Shown here piece after piece: positions 1 to 10,802 of a stretch of 64,000 nt of DNA. The notes under the pieces are model-generated. The model did no database searches, was not told the origin of the DNA, and was given only the letters and a program-made list of their open reading frames with translations. This DNA comes from Syntrophaceae bacterium (GTDB taxonomy: Bacteria; Desulfobacterota; Syntrophia; Syntrophales; Smithellaceae): assembly GCA_003142535.1 (NCBI GenBank), contig PLMQ01000064.1, forward strand, positions 56,354 to 120,353. Reading direction: 5' to 3'. Within the stretch, counting starts at the first letter, position 1, and each line of letters begins with the position of its first letter. A program made the position numbers and the translations under genes.

Positions 1-506
1 AACAGATCAAAATTGCTGAAGGAAATATTCTGGATATTCCTCCCGAACGAGTCAATATGATGGGCAAAGCCATTCAGGTAAGAATCAATGCGGAAGACCC
101 GAAAAATAATTTTATGCCCGAAGGCGGCAAAACCCTGGAGGTTTATCAATCGCCGGGTGGACCCGGTGTCCGTCTTGATGGAGTTGTTTATCAGGGCTAT
201 CGTATTCCCACTGATTATGATTCGTTGATGGTCAAAATGACTGTTCGCGGTTATGATTGGGAACAGACAATTCAAAGATTGAAGCGGTCTTTGAATAACT
301 TCCTGATTGTCGGACTGAAAACAACAATTCCCTTTTATCTGGCTATTTGCGACGAGCCGGATTTCAAGGCCGGTAAGTTCGACACAAGCTATCTGGAAAC
401 ACATGAAGAAATATTTAATTATCCGGAAAAGGAAAGGGAAGTGGCTAAACTGACAAAATTAATCGCTGAGATTCATGCCAGAAAAATGAATCTGTACGCA
501 TATTGA
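1..506 (+). CDS. Biotin carboxylase, C-terminal part (5' end outside window); probably pyruvate carboxylase subunit A
   Basis: Frame of the 57..506 ORF is open back to the window edge. The translation has biotin-carboxylase C-domain-like sequence (RINAEDP, GPGVRLD). The carboxyltransferase/biotinyl subunit gene follows directly. Confidence 0.8.
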   Translation, partial: QIKIAEGNILDIPPERVNMMGKAIQVRINAEDPKNNFMPEGGKTLEVYQSPGGPGVRLDGVVYQGYRIPTDYDSLMVKMTVRGYDWEQTIQRLKRSLNNFLIVGLKTTIPFYLAICDEPDFKAGKFDTSYLETHEEIFNYPEKEREVAKLTKLIAEIHARKMNLYAY

Positions 507-538
507 TCTATTCCTAAGAAAGCAGGGTTTATTGATTT

Positions 539-2503
539 ATGAAAAAAGCAGCAAACAATGTATTTGAGGAAAGAGTCACCCCGCGCGAGTTAAAAAATAA
601 AGGGGCAAAATACATCATTGATAAAATAAGAAAAGGTAATGGGTATTATTTAACCAACACGGAAAGAGATCTTTCCCAATCCGATTTTAAAAACAGAATT
701 ATGCCCCATACGCAGCTTCTCGTGGCCAAGGAACGCAATGATTCCGGTTTTTTCTCGCTGGAAATATCCGGCGGTGCTTCTGTACATGTCGATATGTTGA
801 AAAAACAAATAAATCCGCTCGAAAAACTGCAAATCCTTGCGGAAAATATGCCCGACACTTTATTTCAAAATCTCTGCCGCGGCATTAACTTGTTTGGCTA
901 CCGGCCATATCCGGAAAATGTCATCAGACTTACTGTGCAGAGTTTTGCGCGCTATGTCCACGTCTGGCGTGTATTTGATTTTTTAAATCACATACCCAAT
1001 ATGGTAGCGGTATTTGAAGAAGTGAAAAAGGCCGGATGCATTCTGGAACCTTCAATTTGTTTTTCCACCGGGCCGGAACATACCGATGAATATTATGTGA
1101 AAAAAGTCGGTGAAATTCTGAATGTTACCGGCGAGGATATAATCCTGTGCATAAAAAATCACGGCGGATTGGGAACACCGCGCCGCATCGGGCAACTGGT
1201 CAAAGCAATTTTGAATAAATATCCGGAACTGCTAGTTCATTATCATGGACACAATGCCGATGGTAATGATGTGGGAAGAATAATTGAGGCTGTTGTTAAT
1301 GGCGCCAAGATTGTTGATGCCGGCGATCATGCGTTTACCGGATTTTATGGCCCGCCGCCAATGTTAACCGTAATAGATACATTGGATAATTATGGCTATA
1401 AGGCAATAGGAATTAACAGACAGGCTATAGTAGATGCCTCCAATATTTTGCGTCCGGAACGGGAATATTATCGGGATTTTGAATCGCAGTTTTTTGGTTT
1501 TGATCCGACTGTGCAGGTGCATAAGCTTCCCGGAGGGGCTACTGGTTCCAGTTTTGAACAGGCAGTTAAAGGTGAATTTCTGGCAAGAATGCCGGAGATT
1601 CTTCAGAATGAATTGCCGCGGGTTCAAGTGGAATTGGGTAACTGGTGGAGTGTTACTCCCGGTTCGCAAATTCTCTGGACAACCGCTGTAAATAACGTTT
1701 TAAAAGGTGTGCGCTATAAAGATGCGAGCGACGACCTGAAAAATCTAATGCTCGGCCGCTACGGTGAACTGCCATTTTATAAGCCATCCGATGATATTTT
1801 CAAGGCAGTGTTCGGTGCGGATTGGAAAAACTATGTTGATTGTAATTACTGTTATCAGAAAATAGAAAATATTGATCTGGAAGTAGAGAAAAGGGTTCTG
1901 GAACATCGCTTGGGTCGTGCGGCAACGGAAGATGAACTTGTTTTATATTTGCAGCATCCTAATGATGCAGTGAATTTCTTCAAATTTGAAGCTAAATATG
2001 GCAAAACATGGGTATTGCCGCCCAAAATCTGGTTTAAAAAAGGCGGTTTTGGATTGGGCGAAAAATTTGAAATTGCTGATGCATATGGTAAACTTCATGC
2101 GATTGAAATAGGACCTCAGCGTAAAACAAAGTCCGGCGATGCCGTAACTTATTTTATTGTTGATCACCATCCCGAACCTATTGTAACTGAACTGGAACCG
2201 GAAAATGATGGTAAAAAGGGGGCAGGTGAGCAACTGAAAAAGAAAGTTTCAATTTCTGTTAAAGAACTTAATGATTTGGCCAAAGCCGGAGATATACGTT
2301 CTCAGATGATTGGTACGGTAAATGCTATTCCTGTAGCCGAAGGTGATGAAGTATCGGCTGGTGAGGTTCTAATTGTGCTGGAAGCCATGAAAATGTTGAC
2401 GAATGTTCTTTCTGAGGTAAATGGCAAAATCAGCGAAATAGTTGTGTCACCAGGCGATAAGGTGGAAATCGGGGATTCGCTGATGACAATTACTAAGGCG
2501 TAA
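539..2503 (+). CDS. pycB: Pyruvate carboxylase subunit B / oxaloacetate decarboxylase alpha-type carboxyltransferase with C-terminal biotinyl domain
   Basis: 654-aa ORF with an HMGL-like carboxyltransferase region and the C-terminal biotin attachment motif EAMKM. It follows the biotin carboxylase gene. Confidence 0.8.
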   Translation: MKKAANNVFEERVTPRELKNKGAKYIIDKIRKGNGYYLTNTERDLSQSDFKNRIMPHTQLLVAKERNDSGFFSLEISGGASVHVDMLKKQINPLEKLQILAENMPDTLFQNLCRGINLFGYRPYPENVIRLTVQSFARYVHVWRVFDFLNHIPNMVAVFEEVKKAGCILEPSICFSTGPEHTDEYYVKKVGEILNVTGEDIILCIKNHGGLGTPRRIGQLVKAILNKYPELLVHYHGHNADGNDVGRIIEAVVNGAKIVDAGDHAFTGFYGPPPMLTVIDTLDNYGYKAIGINRQAIVDASNILRPEREYYRDFESQFFGFDPTVQVHKLPGGATGSSFEQAVKGEFLARMPEILQNELPRVQVELGNWWSVTPGSQILWTTAVNNVLKGVRYKDASDDLKNLMLGRYGELPFYKPSDDIFKAVFGADWKNYVDCNYCYQKIENIDLEVEKRVLEHRLGRAATEDELVLYLQHPNDAVNFFKFEAKYGKTWVLPPKIWFKKGGFGLGEKFEIADAYGKLHAIEIGPQRKTKSGDAVTYFIVDHHPEPIVTELEPENDGKKGAGEQLKKKVSISVKELNDLAKAGDIRSQMIGTVNAIPVAEGDEVSAGEVLIVLEAMKMLTNVLSEVNGKISEIVVSPGDKVEIGDSLMTITKA

Positions 2504-2737
2504 TATTCATATTTTAATAATTAAATACATGTATTTATTGTTTATATCTGTAGCCCGGATAACGGAAAACTAAATCATGCGTATTTTTTAATAATCAATC
2601 ATATTTTAATTTGCTCAAGCCTTCTTCTAAAAAATACAAAACAATCACCTGTAAGTTATTCTTGACTTTATTATTTATTATGGTAATTATAAATACTTAG
2701 GCCTAGTGTAAGTTTGGAAAATTCATCAGGGGGAAGA

Positions 2738-3646
2738 ATGTCGGATAATTTTTTTACATTAATGATTATTCCGCGTCGTAAGAGTTCCGTAAAAAAGCTT
2801 TCTCTTTCCAATACGTTGGTTCGTGGTTTATTTATCGGAACAATTCTGGCGATACTCCTGACTTTCTACGTAATTTATGATTATGCCAGTATTAAGAGGG
2901 ACAAAGCGGAATTGGCAAGGCTGCGGATGAAAACTAAAGAACAATCCCAGCAAATTCAGGATCTGGCATTAAAAATTGATGAATTTGCCGACCGCATGGA
3001 AGAATTTAAACAATTTGATAAGAAACTGAGAATATTGGCAAATTATCAGACAAGACGTGATAAAAATATGCCATTAGGTATTGGCGGTCCCAATAATGAA
3101 GAGACAAGACTGAAGGATTTACTGGATCAAGATCAGGAAAAGTTAGTTTTGGGGATGCGCAAAAGCCTCGGTAAGTTAAGTGAAGATGCCGGTATTCGGG
3201 AAAAAAGTTTCGGTGAATTGATGATTTTCTTGCGGGAGCAAAAATCTCTTCTGGCGGCGACTCCATCTATTTGGCCGGTTAAAGGGTGGGTTACTTCGGA
3301 ATTTGGCATAAGAGAATCGCCTTTTAGCTCCGGGTCTGAATTTCACAGAGGGCTCGATATTGCCACAAGATTGGGCAAAGAAGTAATTGCCCCTGCGGAT
3401 GGACTTGTAATTGAAGCTGGCTATCGCACTGAAGATGGTAACGTTGTTAAGGTCGATCATGGTCATGGCGTAGCAACAAGTTTCGGCCATCTTTCCAAAA
3501 TAGCTATCAAGCCCGGGGTTAGAGTTAAAAGAGGTGATTTGCTAGGCTATGTTGGCGATACCGGACGTAGTACAGGTTCTCATCTTCATTATGCAGTATA
3601 TATCAATAAGATTCCGGTTAATCCTCGAAGATATTTGAAAAGATAA
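2738..3646 (+). CDS. M23 family (LytM-type) metallopeptidase with N-terminal membrane anchor and coiled coil
   Basis: C-terminal HRGLDI ... GDTGRSTGSHLHY motifs typical of peptidase M23. I prefer ATG 2738 (GGGGGA just upstream) over the TTG at 2714 used by the ORF track. Confidence 0.8.
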   Translation: MSDNFFTLMIIPRRKSSVKKLSLSNTLVRGLFIGTILAILLTFYVIYDYASIKRDKAELARLRMKTKEQSQQIQDLALKIDEFADRMEEFKQFDKKLRILANYQTRRDKNMPLGIGGPNNEETRLKDLLDQDQEKLVLGMRKSLGKLSEDAGIREKSFGELMIFLREQKSLLAATPSIWPVKGWVTSEFGIRESPFSSGSEFHRGLDIATRLGKEVIAPADGLVIEAGYRTEDGNVVKVDHGHGVATSFGHLSKIAIKPGVRVKRGDLLGYVGDTGRSTGSHLHYAVYINKIPVNPRRYLKR

Positions 3647-3785
3647 GCGAGACAATAGGAAGAAAGGTAATAAGTAGTATCTGGCCGGGATAATGAATGA
3701 AGTAATATTGAATATTTTTTACATAGAAGTTTCGCATTTGATAGAAATCGTAAAATATTAAATAATGAATAAGCTGTGTAAATCC

Positions 3786-3811
3786 ACCGGTAACATTACC
3801 GGTTTTTTTTT
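3786..3811 (+). terminator. Intrinsic-terminator-like hairpin (CCGGTAA/TTACCGG) plus T9, 12 nt upstream of the secA start
   Basis: Seen directly: ccaccggtaacattaccggttttttttt. Stem 3787-3802, T run 3803-3811. Confidence 0.6.
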
Positions 3812-3822
3812 GAAGGCGGTTA

Positions 3823-6342
3823 ATGCTGTATAATATTCTGAAAAAAATAGTCGGAACGAAAAACGATCGAGAGTTAAAACATTTATCGCTTATTTTAGAC
3901 GAAGTAAATAATTTTGAAAAGACAATGATGTCGTTAAGTGATGATGAATTACGCGTAAAAACAACCTATTTTAAAGATAAATTAAAAAATGGTTTTACAC
4001 TCGATGATATTCTTGCCGAAGCGTTTGCCGTGGCACGGGAAGCATCAAGGCGAACACTTTTAATGCGACCATTTGATGTACAGGTTATAGGCGGCATTGT
4101 TTTGCATGAAGGCAAAATTGCCGAAATGAAGACAGGTGAAGGGAAAACACTGGCAGCAACAATGCCTTTATACCTTAACTCCCTGGAGGGAAAGGGCTGC
4201 CATGTTATCACTGTCAATGATTACCTGGCGAAAAGAGACTCTGAATGGATGGGTCCGATATATAACTTTCTGGGCTTAACTGTAGGTGTAATTGTTCATG
4301 GGCTGGATGATGATGAGCGAAGAGAGGCCTATCATAAAGATATCACTTACGGTACGAATAACGAATTTGGCTTTGATTATCTACGCGACAACATGAAGTT
4401 CAGTCTGGAAGATTATGTCCAGCGTGAATTTAATTATGCGATCGTTGATGAAGTGGATAGTATTCTCATTGATGAAGCACGAACTCCATTGATTATCTCC
4501 GGTCCTTCAGAAGAATCCACTGATAAGTATTACAAAATTAATCAGATTATTCCGAGATTAAAAAAAGATCAGGACTATACGATTGACGAAAAAAGCCGTA
4601 CGGTTGTCTTGACAGAAGATGGAGTGGCGCACATTGAGGGATATTTAAATGTCCAGAATCTTTATGAGCCGCGAAATATAGAAAGTGTTCATCATGTTAA
4701 TCAGGCGCTTAAAGCTCATGCACTGTTCAAACGGGATGTGGATTACCTCGTAAAAGATGGAGAGGTAATTATAGTTGATGAGTTTACCGGCAGAGTTATG
4801 CCGGGAAGGCGTTACAGCGATGGATTGCATCAGGCTTTGGAAGCCAAGGAAAAGGTTAAGATCGAACGGGAAAATCAAACTCTGGCTTCTATTACATTCC
4901 AGAATTATTTCAGGATGTACAATAAACTGGCAGGTATGACCGGAACAGCCGATACGGAAGCCGCTGAATTTAAAAAAATATATAATTTAGATGTCGTTGT
5001 TATGCCTACCAATATGCCGATGATTCGTATGGATAACAATGATTTGATATATAAGACTGAACAGGAAAAGATTAAAGCTGTTATCGAAGAAGTAAAGGAA
5101 TTGAATAAAGTAAAAAGACCGGTGCTTATCGGCACAATCTCTATTGAAAAATCAGAATTATTGAGCAAGTACATTACTCGGGCGGGTATTAAACATCATG
5201 TATTAAACGCCAAAAATCATGAAAAAGAAGCGGAAATTGTTGCCCAGGCCGGTCAGGCGGGAATGGTAACCATATCAACAAACATGGCCGGGCGCGGTAC
5301 AGATATTCGTTTGGGTGAAGGTGTAGCCGAAGTGGGAGGATTGCATATTTTAGGGACAGAACGTCATGAAAGCCGCCGAATCGACAACCAATTACGAGGC
5401 CGATCAGGGCGGCAGGGCGATGATGGTTCGTCCCGTTTTTATTTATCATTAGAAGATGATTTACTACGAATATTTGGCGCAGAGCGAATATCATCAATTA
5501 TGGACAGAATTGGCATTGAAGAAGATCAACCCATTGAGCACAAATATATTTCCAAAGCAATTGAGGGTGCGCAAAAACGTGTGGAAGGGCAAAACTTCGA
5601 TATACGAAAACATCTGCTCGAATACGACGATGTCATGAACAAACAGCGGAAAGTAATTTATGAACAACGAAAAAAAGTGTTACGTGGCGAGAACTTATGG
5701 ACAGATATTGAAGAAATGATTGAAGAAGTGTCTGATGACCTTATTTTTGAATATGTTAATGAAAAAGGTCATCATGACGAGTGGAATCTCAAAGGACTTG
5801 ATGATGCCATCTATAAACAGTTTAACTTGAAATTGAACATAGAGAATTCCTCTGAAATAAATTCTGCCGATGCAATTCGAGAATATATTATCCAAAATGT
5901 GCAGAAACTTTTACATGAAAAAGAAAAAGAATTCGGGCAGGAGCTTATGAATTACCTGATGAAGGTAATCATGCTGCAGGCAATTGATTCTCATTGGAAA
6001 GAACATTTGCTGAATATGGATCACTTGAAGGAGGGTATTGGTCTGCGCGGCTATGGCCAGAAAGACCCCGTGCGGGAATATCAGCGGGAAGGCTATGAAA
6101 TGTTCATGGAAATGATTTTCCGCATTAAAATGGATACATTAGAAAAACTGTGTTTAATAAAGATACAGCGTGAAGAAGAAGTGGATGAAATCAGACAGAA
6201 GCAAAGACAAGATTACATTTTAAGCCGCGGAGAAGATGTACCGGCAACACAAACAGCTAAGCGTGAAGGGAACAAGGTCGGACGTAATGACCCCTGTCCC
6301 TGTGGCAGCGGTAAAAAATATAAAAAATGCTGTGGTGCTTAA
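3823..6342 (+). CDS. secA: Preprotein translocase ATPase SecA
   Basis: 839-aa ORF with the MKTGEGKT Walker A motif and a DEVD box. The C-terminal zinc-binding tail is [14 protein letters not shown]. Confidence 0.97.
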   Translation: MLYNILKKIVGTKNDRELKHLSLILDEVNNFEKTMMSLSDDELRVKTTYFKDKLKNGFTLDDILAEAFAVAREASRRTLLMRPFDVQVIGGIVLHEGKIAEMKTGEGKTLAATMPLYLNSLEGKGCHVITVNDYLAKRDSEWMGPIYNFLGLTVGVIVHGLDDDERREAYHKDITYGTNNEFGFDYLRDNMKFSLEDYVQREFNYAIVDEVDSILIDEARTPLIISGPSEESTDKYYKINQIIPRLKKDQDYTIDEKSRTVVLTEDGVAHIEGYLNVQNLYEPRNIESVHHVNQALKAHALFKRDVDYLVKDGEVIIVDEFTGRVMPGRRYSDGLHQALEAKEKVKIERENQTLASITFQNYFRMYNKLAGMTGTADTEAAEFKKIYNLDVVVMPTNMPMIRMDNNDLIYKTEQEKIKAVIEEVKELNKVKRPVLIGTISIEKSELLSKYITRAGIKHHVLNAKNHEKEAEIVAQAGQAGMVTISTNMAGRGTDIRLGEGVAEVGGLHILGTERHESRRIDNQLRGRSGRQGDDGSSRFYLSLEDDLLRIFGAERISSIMDRIGIEEDQPIEHKYISKAIEGAQKRVEGQNFDIRKHLLEYDDVMNKQRKVIYEQRKKVLRGENLWTDIEEMIEEVSDDLIFEYVNEKGHHDEWNLKGLDDAIYKQFNLKLNIENSSEINSADAIREYIIQNVQKLLHEKEKEFGQELMNYLMKVIMLQAIDSHWKEHLLNMDHLKEGIGLRGYGQKDPVREYQREGYEMFMEMIFRIKMDTLEKLCLIKIQREEEVDEIRQKQRQDYILSRGEDVPATQTAKREGNKVGRNDPCPCGSGKKYKKCCGA

Positions 6343-6366
6343 GCCATAAAATGAGGAGCAAGCATT

Positions 6367-7566
6367 ATGGTAAAAGAAAAAAGCAAAATTAGAGTACCTG
6401 GTTTTTTAGCAAATGGAATTTTTACCGGCATTAAAGATGGCCAGCAAAAAGATTTAGCACTAATTTATTCTACTATACCGGCAAAAGTAGCCGCCGTTTT
6501 TACAAAAAACACATTCAAGGCTGCCCCTGTATTAATTGATGCAGAACGGGTGAAAAAGGGAATTGCCCAGGCAATAATAACAAATAGCGGATGTGCCAAT
6601 GCAGCTACAGGAAAAGAAGGGTATCAAGATGCGTTGAGTGTTTCTCTGGCTTTATCCAAACAGCTGAAAATTAAAGAAGAGTTGATTATGCTCGGCTCTA
6701 CCGGTGTGATCGGAAAAAGGCTGCCCGTAAAAAAAATTGAAGGTGGAATTAGTAAGCTTGTTAAAGGTTTACATGAATATGGTATTGAAGACGCGGAAAC
6801 CGCAATGATGACAACAGATAAATACCCGAAAATTGCAATTAGAAGAGGTACTGTGGGAGCGAAAGATATCACTATTTGCGGTATAGCCAAAGGCGCCGGT
6901 ATGATTGAGCCGAATATGGCAACATTACTGACATATGTAATGACTGACGCACTGATTGATTCCAAAGCCCTCAATACGGTTTTCCATCAGGCCATTGATT
7001 CGACATTTAATACAATTAGTGTTGATGGCTGTATGAGCACCAATGATACAGCCATTATCCTAGCTAATGGTTTGGCCGGTAATAATCCATTGGAAAGAGC
7101 GCAAGCCCGCTTACAGCGATTCCGGGATATGCTATCCGATGTTCTAATGGAGTTATCGCAAGCAGTAATCAAGGATGGAGAAGGAGCGACAAAATTCATT
7201 TCAATTATGGTGGAAGGCGCCAAATCTAGATCTGATGCACGGCGAGTAGCTTATTCCATTGCCAACTCGAATCTCGTAAAAACAGCCTTTTTTGGTGAAG
7301 ACCCGAATTGGGGAAGAATCATTGCTGCTCTCGGATCTTCAGGGATACCTCTGGAAAAGGAAAAGGTCAGTTTGCTGATAGGCGACTTATTGGTGTTTTC
7401 ACAAGATAATCCGGCCAATTTCAATTTAGGTAAATTAAAAGAAATATTCCAGAAAGACAGGATTGATGTGCGGGTAGTGTTAGGCGGGGGCGACAAGTCA
7501 TATTGCGTTTATACATCTGATCTTTCTTATGATTATGTAAAAATTAACGCTGATTACTCAACATAA
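6367..7566 (+). CDS. argJ: Bifunctional ornithine acetyltransferase / N-acetylglutamate synthase ArgJ
   Basis: 399-aa ORF with ArgJ-like sequence, including the autoprocessing region ATLLTYVMTDA. Confidence 0.9.
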   Translation: MVKEKSKIRVPGFLANGIFTGIKDGQQKDLALIYSTIPAKVAAVFTKNTFKAAPVLIDAERVKKGIAQAIITNSGCANAATGKEGYQDALSVSLALSKQLKIKEELIMLGSTGVIGKRLPVKKIEGGISKLVKGLHEYGIEDAETAMMTTDKYPKIAIRRGTVGAKDITICGIAKGAGMIEPNMATLLTYVMTDALIDSKALNTVFHQAIDSTFNTISVDGCMSTNDTAIILANGLAGNNPLERAQARLQRFRDMLSDVLMELSQAVIKDGEGATKFISIMVEGAKSRSDARRVAYSIANSNLVKTAFFGEDPNWGRIIAALGSSGIPLEKEKVSLLIGDLLVFSQDNPANFNLGKLKEIFQKDRIDVRVVLGGGDKSYCVYTSDLSYDYVKINADYST

Positions 7567-7751
7567 GACTAAAAAATTAAGAAACATTAAATTATTGTTT
7601 AAAAACCATTATTTGAGCTTGAACAATTAGTTTATTTGTGTTAAGAGCCGCCAAACTTCACACATCCTTTGATTGCCAGCATGTTGCTTATTAACTTAAG
7701 TGTGCGGGTAAGGTGACGAGGATGGAGGAAAAAACAAATAAGGAGATAAAT

Positions 7752-8573
7752 ATGTCCGTAATTTCAATGAAACTTTTACTGGAAGCGGGTGTCCATTTCG
7801 GGCACCAAACTAACAAATGGAACCCCAAGATGAAACCTTATATTTTTGGGGCAAGAAATAACATTTACATTATCGATCTTCAGCAAACTGTCGGTATGTT
7901 TCAGACTGCTTATAATTTTGTTGTTGACACGGTCAGCCAGGGGAAAGAAGTTCTTTTTGTCGGAACAAAAAAGCAATCTCAGGAAGCTGTAAAAGAAGAG
8001 GCTGTGCGCTGTGGAATGCCCTATGTTAATCAACGTTGGTTGGGCGGTATGTTGACAAACTTTGTTACGATTAAAAAGAGTATCGACCGCATGAATTCGT
8101 TGACAAAAATGTTTGAGGACGATTCCATAAAAGCTTTTCCCAAGAAGGAAATAACAAAATTACAAAAAGAAAAAGAAAAACTGGAAGATGTCTTAGGCGG
8201 TATTAGAAGCATGAAATCATATCCGGCGGCAGTGTTTATTGTTGATCCCAACCGCGAACATATCGCTGTTAAAGAAGCTAAGAAGTTAAAAGTGCCTATC
8301 GTTGGCATTGTCGATACAAATTGTGATCCTGATGATATTGACTATATTATTCCCGGAAATGATGATGCCATCAGAGCAATTAAATTGTTTGCCTCCAAAT
8401 TTGCCGATGCCGTTTTGGAAGGAAAGAAACGTTTTGAAGAAAAATTATCTGCGGAATCCAATAAAGAAATCAATACGGAGGCTACAGTTGCCAAGGGTGA
8501 AGAAACAGACATTCCCGAAAGTGTAGAGATGGAGAATGAATCAGCAGATACTGAAGAGCATGAAAGAAAATAA
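7752..8573 (+). CDS. rpsB: 30S ribosomal protein S2
   Basis: [19 protein letters not shown] signature. ATG 7752 is preceded by AAGGAG, so the track start at 7713 looks too long. Confidence 0.95.
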   Translation: MSVISMKLLLEAGVHFGHQTNKWNPKMKPYIFGARNNIYIIDLQQTVGMFQTAYNFVVDTVSQGKEVLFVGTKKQSQEAVKEEAVRCGMPYVNQRWLGGMLTNFVTIKKSIDRMNSLTKMFEDDSIKAFPKKEITKLQKEKEKLEDVLGGIRSMKSYPAAVFIVDPNREHIAVKEAKKLKVPIVGIVDTNCDPDDIDYIIPGNDDAIRAIKLFASKFADAVLEGKKRFEEKLSAESNKEINTEATVAKGEETDIPESVEMENESADTEEHERK

Positions 8574-8620
8574 TCTAAATAAATGGAAATTATCCTGAAA
8601 GTGTTAAGGAGGTAGGAAAA

Positions 8621-9226
8621 TTGGAAATATCTTCAACAATGGTTAAAGAGTTAAGAACAAAAACTGGCGCCGGAATGATGGATTGTAAGGAAGCACTGGC
8701 GGCATCGGCAGGTGATTTCGAAAAAGCTATTGATTTTTTAAGAAAAAAAGGGTTGTCGGCAGCAACTAAAAGGTCTTCCAAAGCAGCAAAGGATGGAACT
8801 GTTGCTTACTATATTCACATGGGCGGTAAAATAGGAGTAATGGTGGAACTTAACTGTGAAACCGATTTTGTCGCCAAAACAAATGATTTTCAGACAGCGG
8901 CCAAAGATATTGCCATGCATATAGCTGCATCTAATCCGCTTTATGTCCGTCCGGATGAAATTCCCGAGGATTCCTTAAATAGAGAAAAGGAAATTTACCG
9001 TAGCCAATTGCGTGAGGAAGGAAAACCAGAAAAAATTTGGGATAAAATCATCGAAGGGAAATTGAAGAAATTTTATGAAGATGTTTGTTTAACCGAGCAG
9101 AAATTCATAAAAAATACAGATATTACAGTTAGTACCCTGATTAATAACCTGATAGCCAAAACCGGAGAGAACATTATTATTCGTCGTTTTTCCCGATTCC
9201 AATTAGGTGAGGAAATAAAAAAGTAA
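8621..9226 (+). CDS. tsf: Translation elongation factor Ts
   Basis: N-terminus MVKELRTKTGAGMMDCKEAL matches the EF-Ts UBA-like domain. TTG start after AAGGAGGT. Confidence 0.93.
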   Translation: MEISSTMVKELRTKTGAGMMDCKEALAASAGDFEKAIDFLRKKGLSAATKRSSKAAKDGTVAYYIHMGGKIGVMVELNCETDFVAKTNDFQTAAKDIAMHIAASNPLYVRPDEIPEDSLNREKEIYRSQLREEGKPEKIWDKIIEGKLKKFYEDVCLTEQKFIKNTDITVSTLINNLIAKTGENIIIRRFSRFQLGEEIKK

Positions 9227-9952
9227 ATGGTATCTCAAAAAAAAGCCATTTATAAAAGAGTATTGCTGAAATTAAGTGGAGAAGCGCTTTTAGGGAAACA
9301 GTCTTCCGGTGTTGATCCGCAGGTGGCGACTTTTATAGCCGAAGAAATTAAATCTGTATCGGACCTTAAGGTTCAACTTTGCATAGTTATCGGCGGTGGT
9401 AATATATTCCGGGGGCTGGAAGCAAGTTTGCATGGAATGGATCGTACTTCCGCCGATTACATGGGTATGCTTGCTACAGTTATTAACAGTCTTGCCCTGC
9501 AGAGCGCTCTGGAGATGCGCGGTATCCCGACCAGGGTCCAATCTTCAATAGCGATGCATCAAATTGCCGAGCCTTTTATTCAGCGTAAAGCAGTTCGTCA
9601 CCTGGAAAAAGGAAGAATAGTTATATTTGCCGGCGGTACCGGCAATCCCTATTTTACTACTGATACAGCAGCATCACTTCGCGCAATGGAAATAAAAGCA
9701 GATGTGATTATGAAAGCAACAAAAGTAGATGGTGTATATGATTGCGATCCGGTTAAAAATAAAAACGCAATAATGTTTAAAAAGATTAGCTATATCGATG
9801 TATTAACGAAGAATCTTAAAGTAATGGATGCAACAGCAATTTCACTTTGCCGTGATAATTTTCTGCCGATTGTTGTTTTTAATATGCAGAAAAAGGGCAA
9901 TATTAGACGTGCGATTTGTGGTGAAAAAATTGGTACATATGTAGGAGATTAA
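9227..9952 (+). CDS. pyrH: UMP kinase
   Basis: 241-aa ORF with [11 protein letters not shown] and GGGNIFRG motifs, in the canonical position after tsf. Confidence 0.95.
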   Translation: MVSQKKAIYKRVLLKLSGEALLGKQSSGVDPQVATFIAEEIKSVSDLKVQLCIVIGGGNIFRGLEASLHGMDRTSADYMGMLATVINSLALQSALEMRGIPTRVQSSIAMHQIAEPFIQRKAVRHLEKGRIVIFAGGTGNPYFTTDTAASLRAMEIKADVIMKATKVDGVYDCDPVKNKNAIMFKKISYIDVLTKNLKVMDATAISLCRDNFLPIVVFNMQKKGNIRRAICGEKIGTYVGD

Positions 9953-9953
9953 T

Positions 9954-10511
9954 ATGAAAGATCAGATTTTTCAAAAGCTGAAAGATGAAATGGAAAAAAC
10001 GATAACCACCTTGGATAAATCATTCAGCAGGGTGCGAACGGGAAGAGCATCTATTTCATTGCTCGATGGCATCAAAGTCGATTATTATGGTGCCCCCACT
10101 CCCATCGCTCAGGTAGCCACACTTTCCGTTCCCGAAAGCCGTTTGATTGTCATTGCTCCCTGGGATGTTACAGTAATAAGTGCTATTGAAAAAGCAATTC
10201 AGAAATCAGATTTGGGTCTAATGCCCTCCAATGATGGAAAAATCATTCGCCTGGCTATTCCTCAATTAACGGAGGAAAGGCGGAAAGAACTCGTCAAAGT
10301 GGTGAAAAAGATGGCAGAAGAGGGTAAAATCAAACTTCGTAATGCCCGGAGAGATGCCAATGAAGAATTAAAAGAACTCAAAAAAAACAATAAAATGGCA
10401 GAAGATGAACTTTTCGGTACACAGGAAGAAGTGCAAAAGTTAACTGACCGTTATATTGAAAAAACGGATAAAATATTGGCTACTAAAGAAAAAGAAATAA
10501 TGGAAATCTAA
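9954..10511 (+). CDS. frr: Ribosome recycling factor
   Basis: 185-aa ORF with the typical RRF sequence [21 protein letters not shown]. Confidence 0.95.
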   Translation: MKDQIFQKLKDEMEKTITTLDKSFSRVRTGRASISLLDGIKVDYYGAPTPIAQVATLSVPESRLIVIAPWDVTVISAIEKAIQKSDLGLMPSNDGKIIRLAIPQLTEERRKELVKVVKKMAEEGKIKLRNARRDANEELKELKKNNKMAEDELFGTQEEVQKLTDRYIEKTDKILATKEKEIMEI

Positions 10512-10533
10512 ATTGTAATTTATACTGATGTAA

Positions 10534-10570
10534 AAATGGGGAGTCGAAAGCTCCCCATTTGTTATTTTGA
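10534..10570 (+). terminator. Intrinsic terminator after frr
   Basis: 10-bp perfect stem aaatggggag / ctccccattt with a 7-nt loop, followed by a T-rich tail. Confidence 0.65.
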
Positions 10571-10571
10571 G

Positions 10572-10728
10572 ATTTATTCGTAAAACTCCAATTCCGAAAG
10601 CAAAGCCCGGCGGATAACCTGAAGGTCACACGTGCTGGGCGAAGCGTATCGGAATTTGTAAGTTGAATCCGCCTGCGGCGGACTGCGCAATCGGTTTCCA
10701 ACGCTTGCTTTGGGGTTCATACCCGTGA
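10572..10728 (+). repeat. Type-1 modular hairpin repeat, copy A (frr/uppS intergenic)
   Basis: Shares the 5' core ATTTATT(A/C)GT(G/A)AAACTCCAATTCCGAAAGC and the 3' block AATCGG.TTCCA...GCTTTGGG.GTTCATACCCG with copy B. The interior is a string of short hairpins. Confidence 0.8.
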
Positions 10729-10802
10729 TTAAGCATCTCCTTTATTGAAAATAAGTTATCTGTTTGATAGAATATAGTAATTATAGTGAGGTTCGTTTTT
10801 TA

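Noticed and set aside
7567-7751. Possible structured autoregulatory leader upstream of rpsB.
   Set aside because: I could not find a convincing conserved hairpin or pseudoknot by eye, and the known S2 leaders I recall come from other lineages. Left unannotated.
10483-10701. 72-aa minus-strand ORF between frr and uppS.
   Set aside because: It is the read-through of type-1 repeat copy A. It shares the RFRNWSFTNK string with the repeat-derived segment in comEC, has no start context, and overlaps the frr 3' end and terminator.
10700-10728. tRNA T-arm-like sequence GGGGTTCATACCC in type-1 repeat copies A and B.
   Set aside because: Only a 3-bp stem can form. No acceptor, D or anticodon arms can be built around it.
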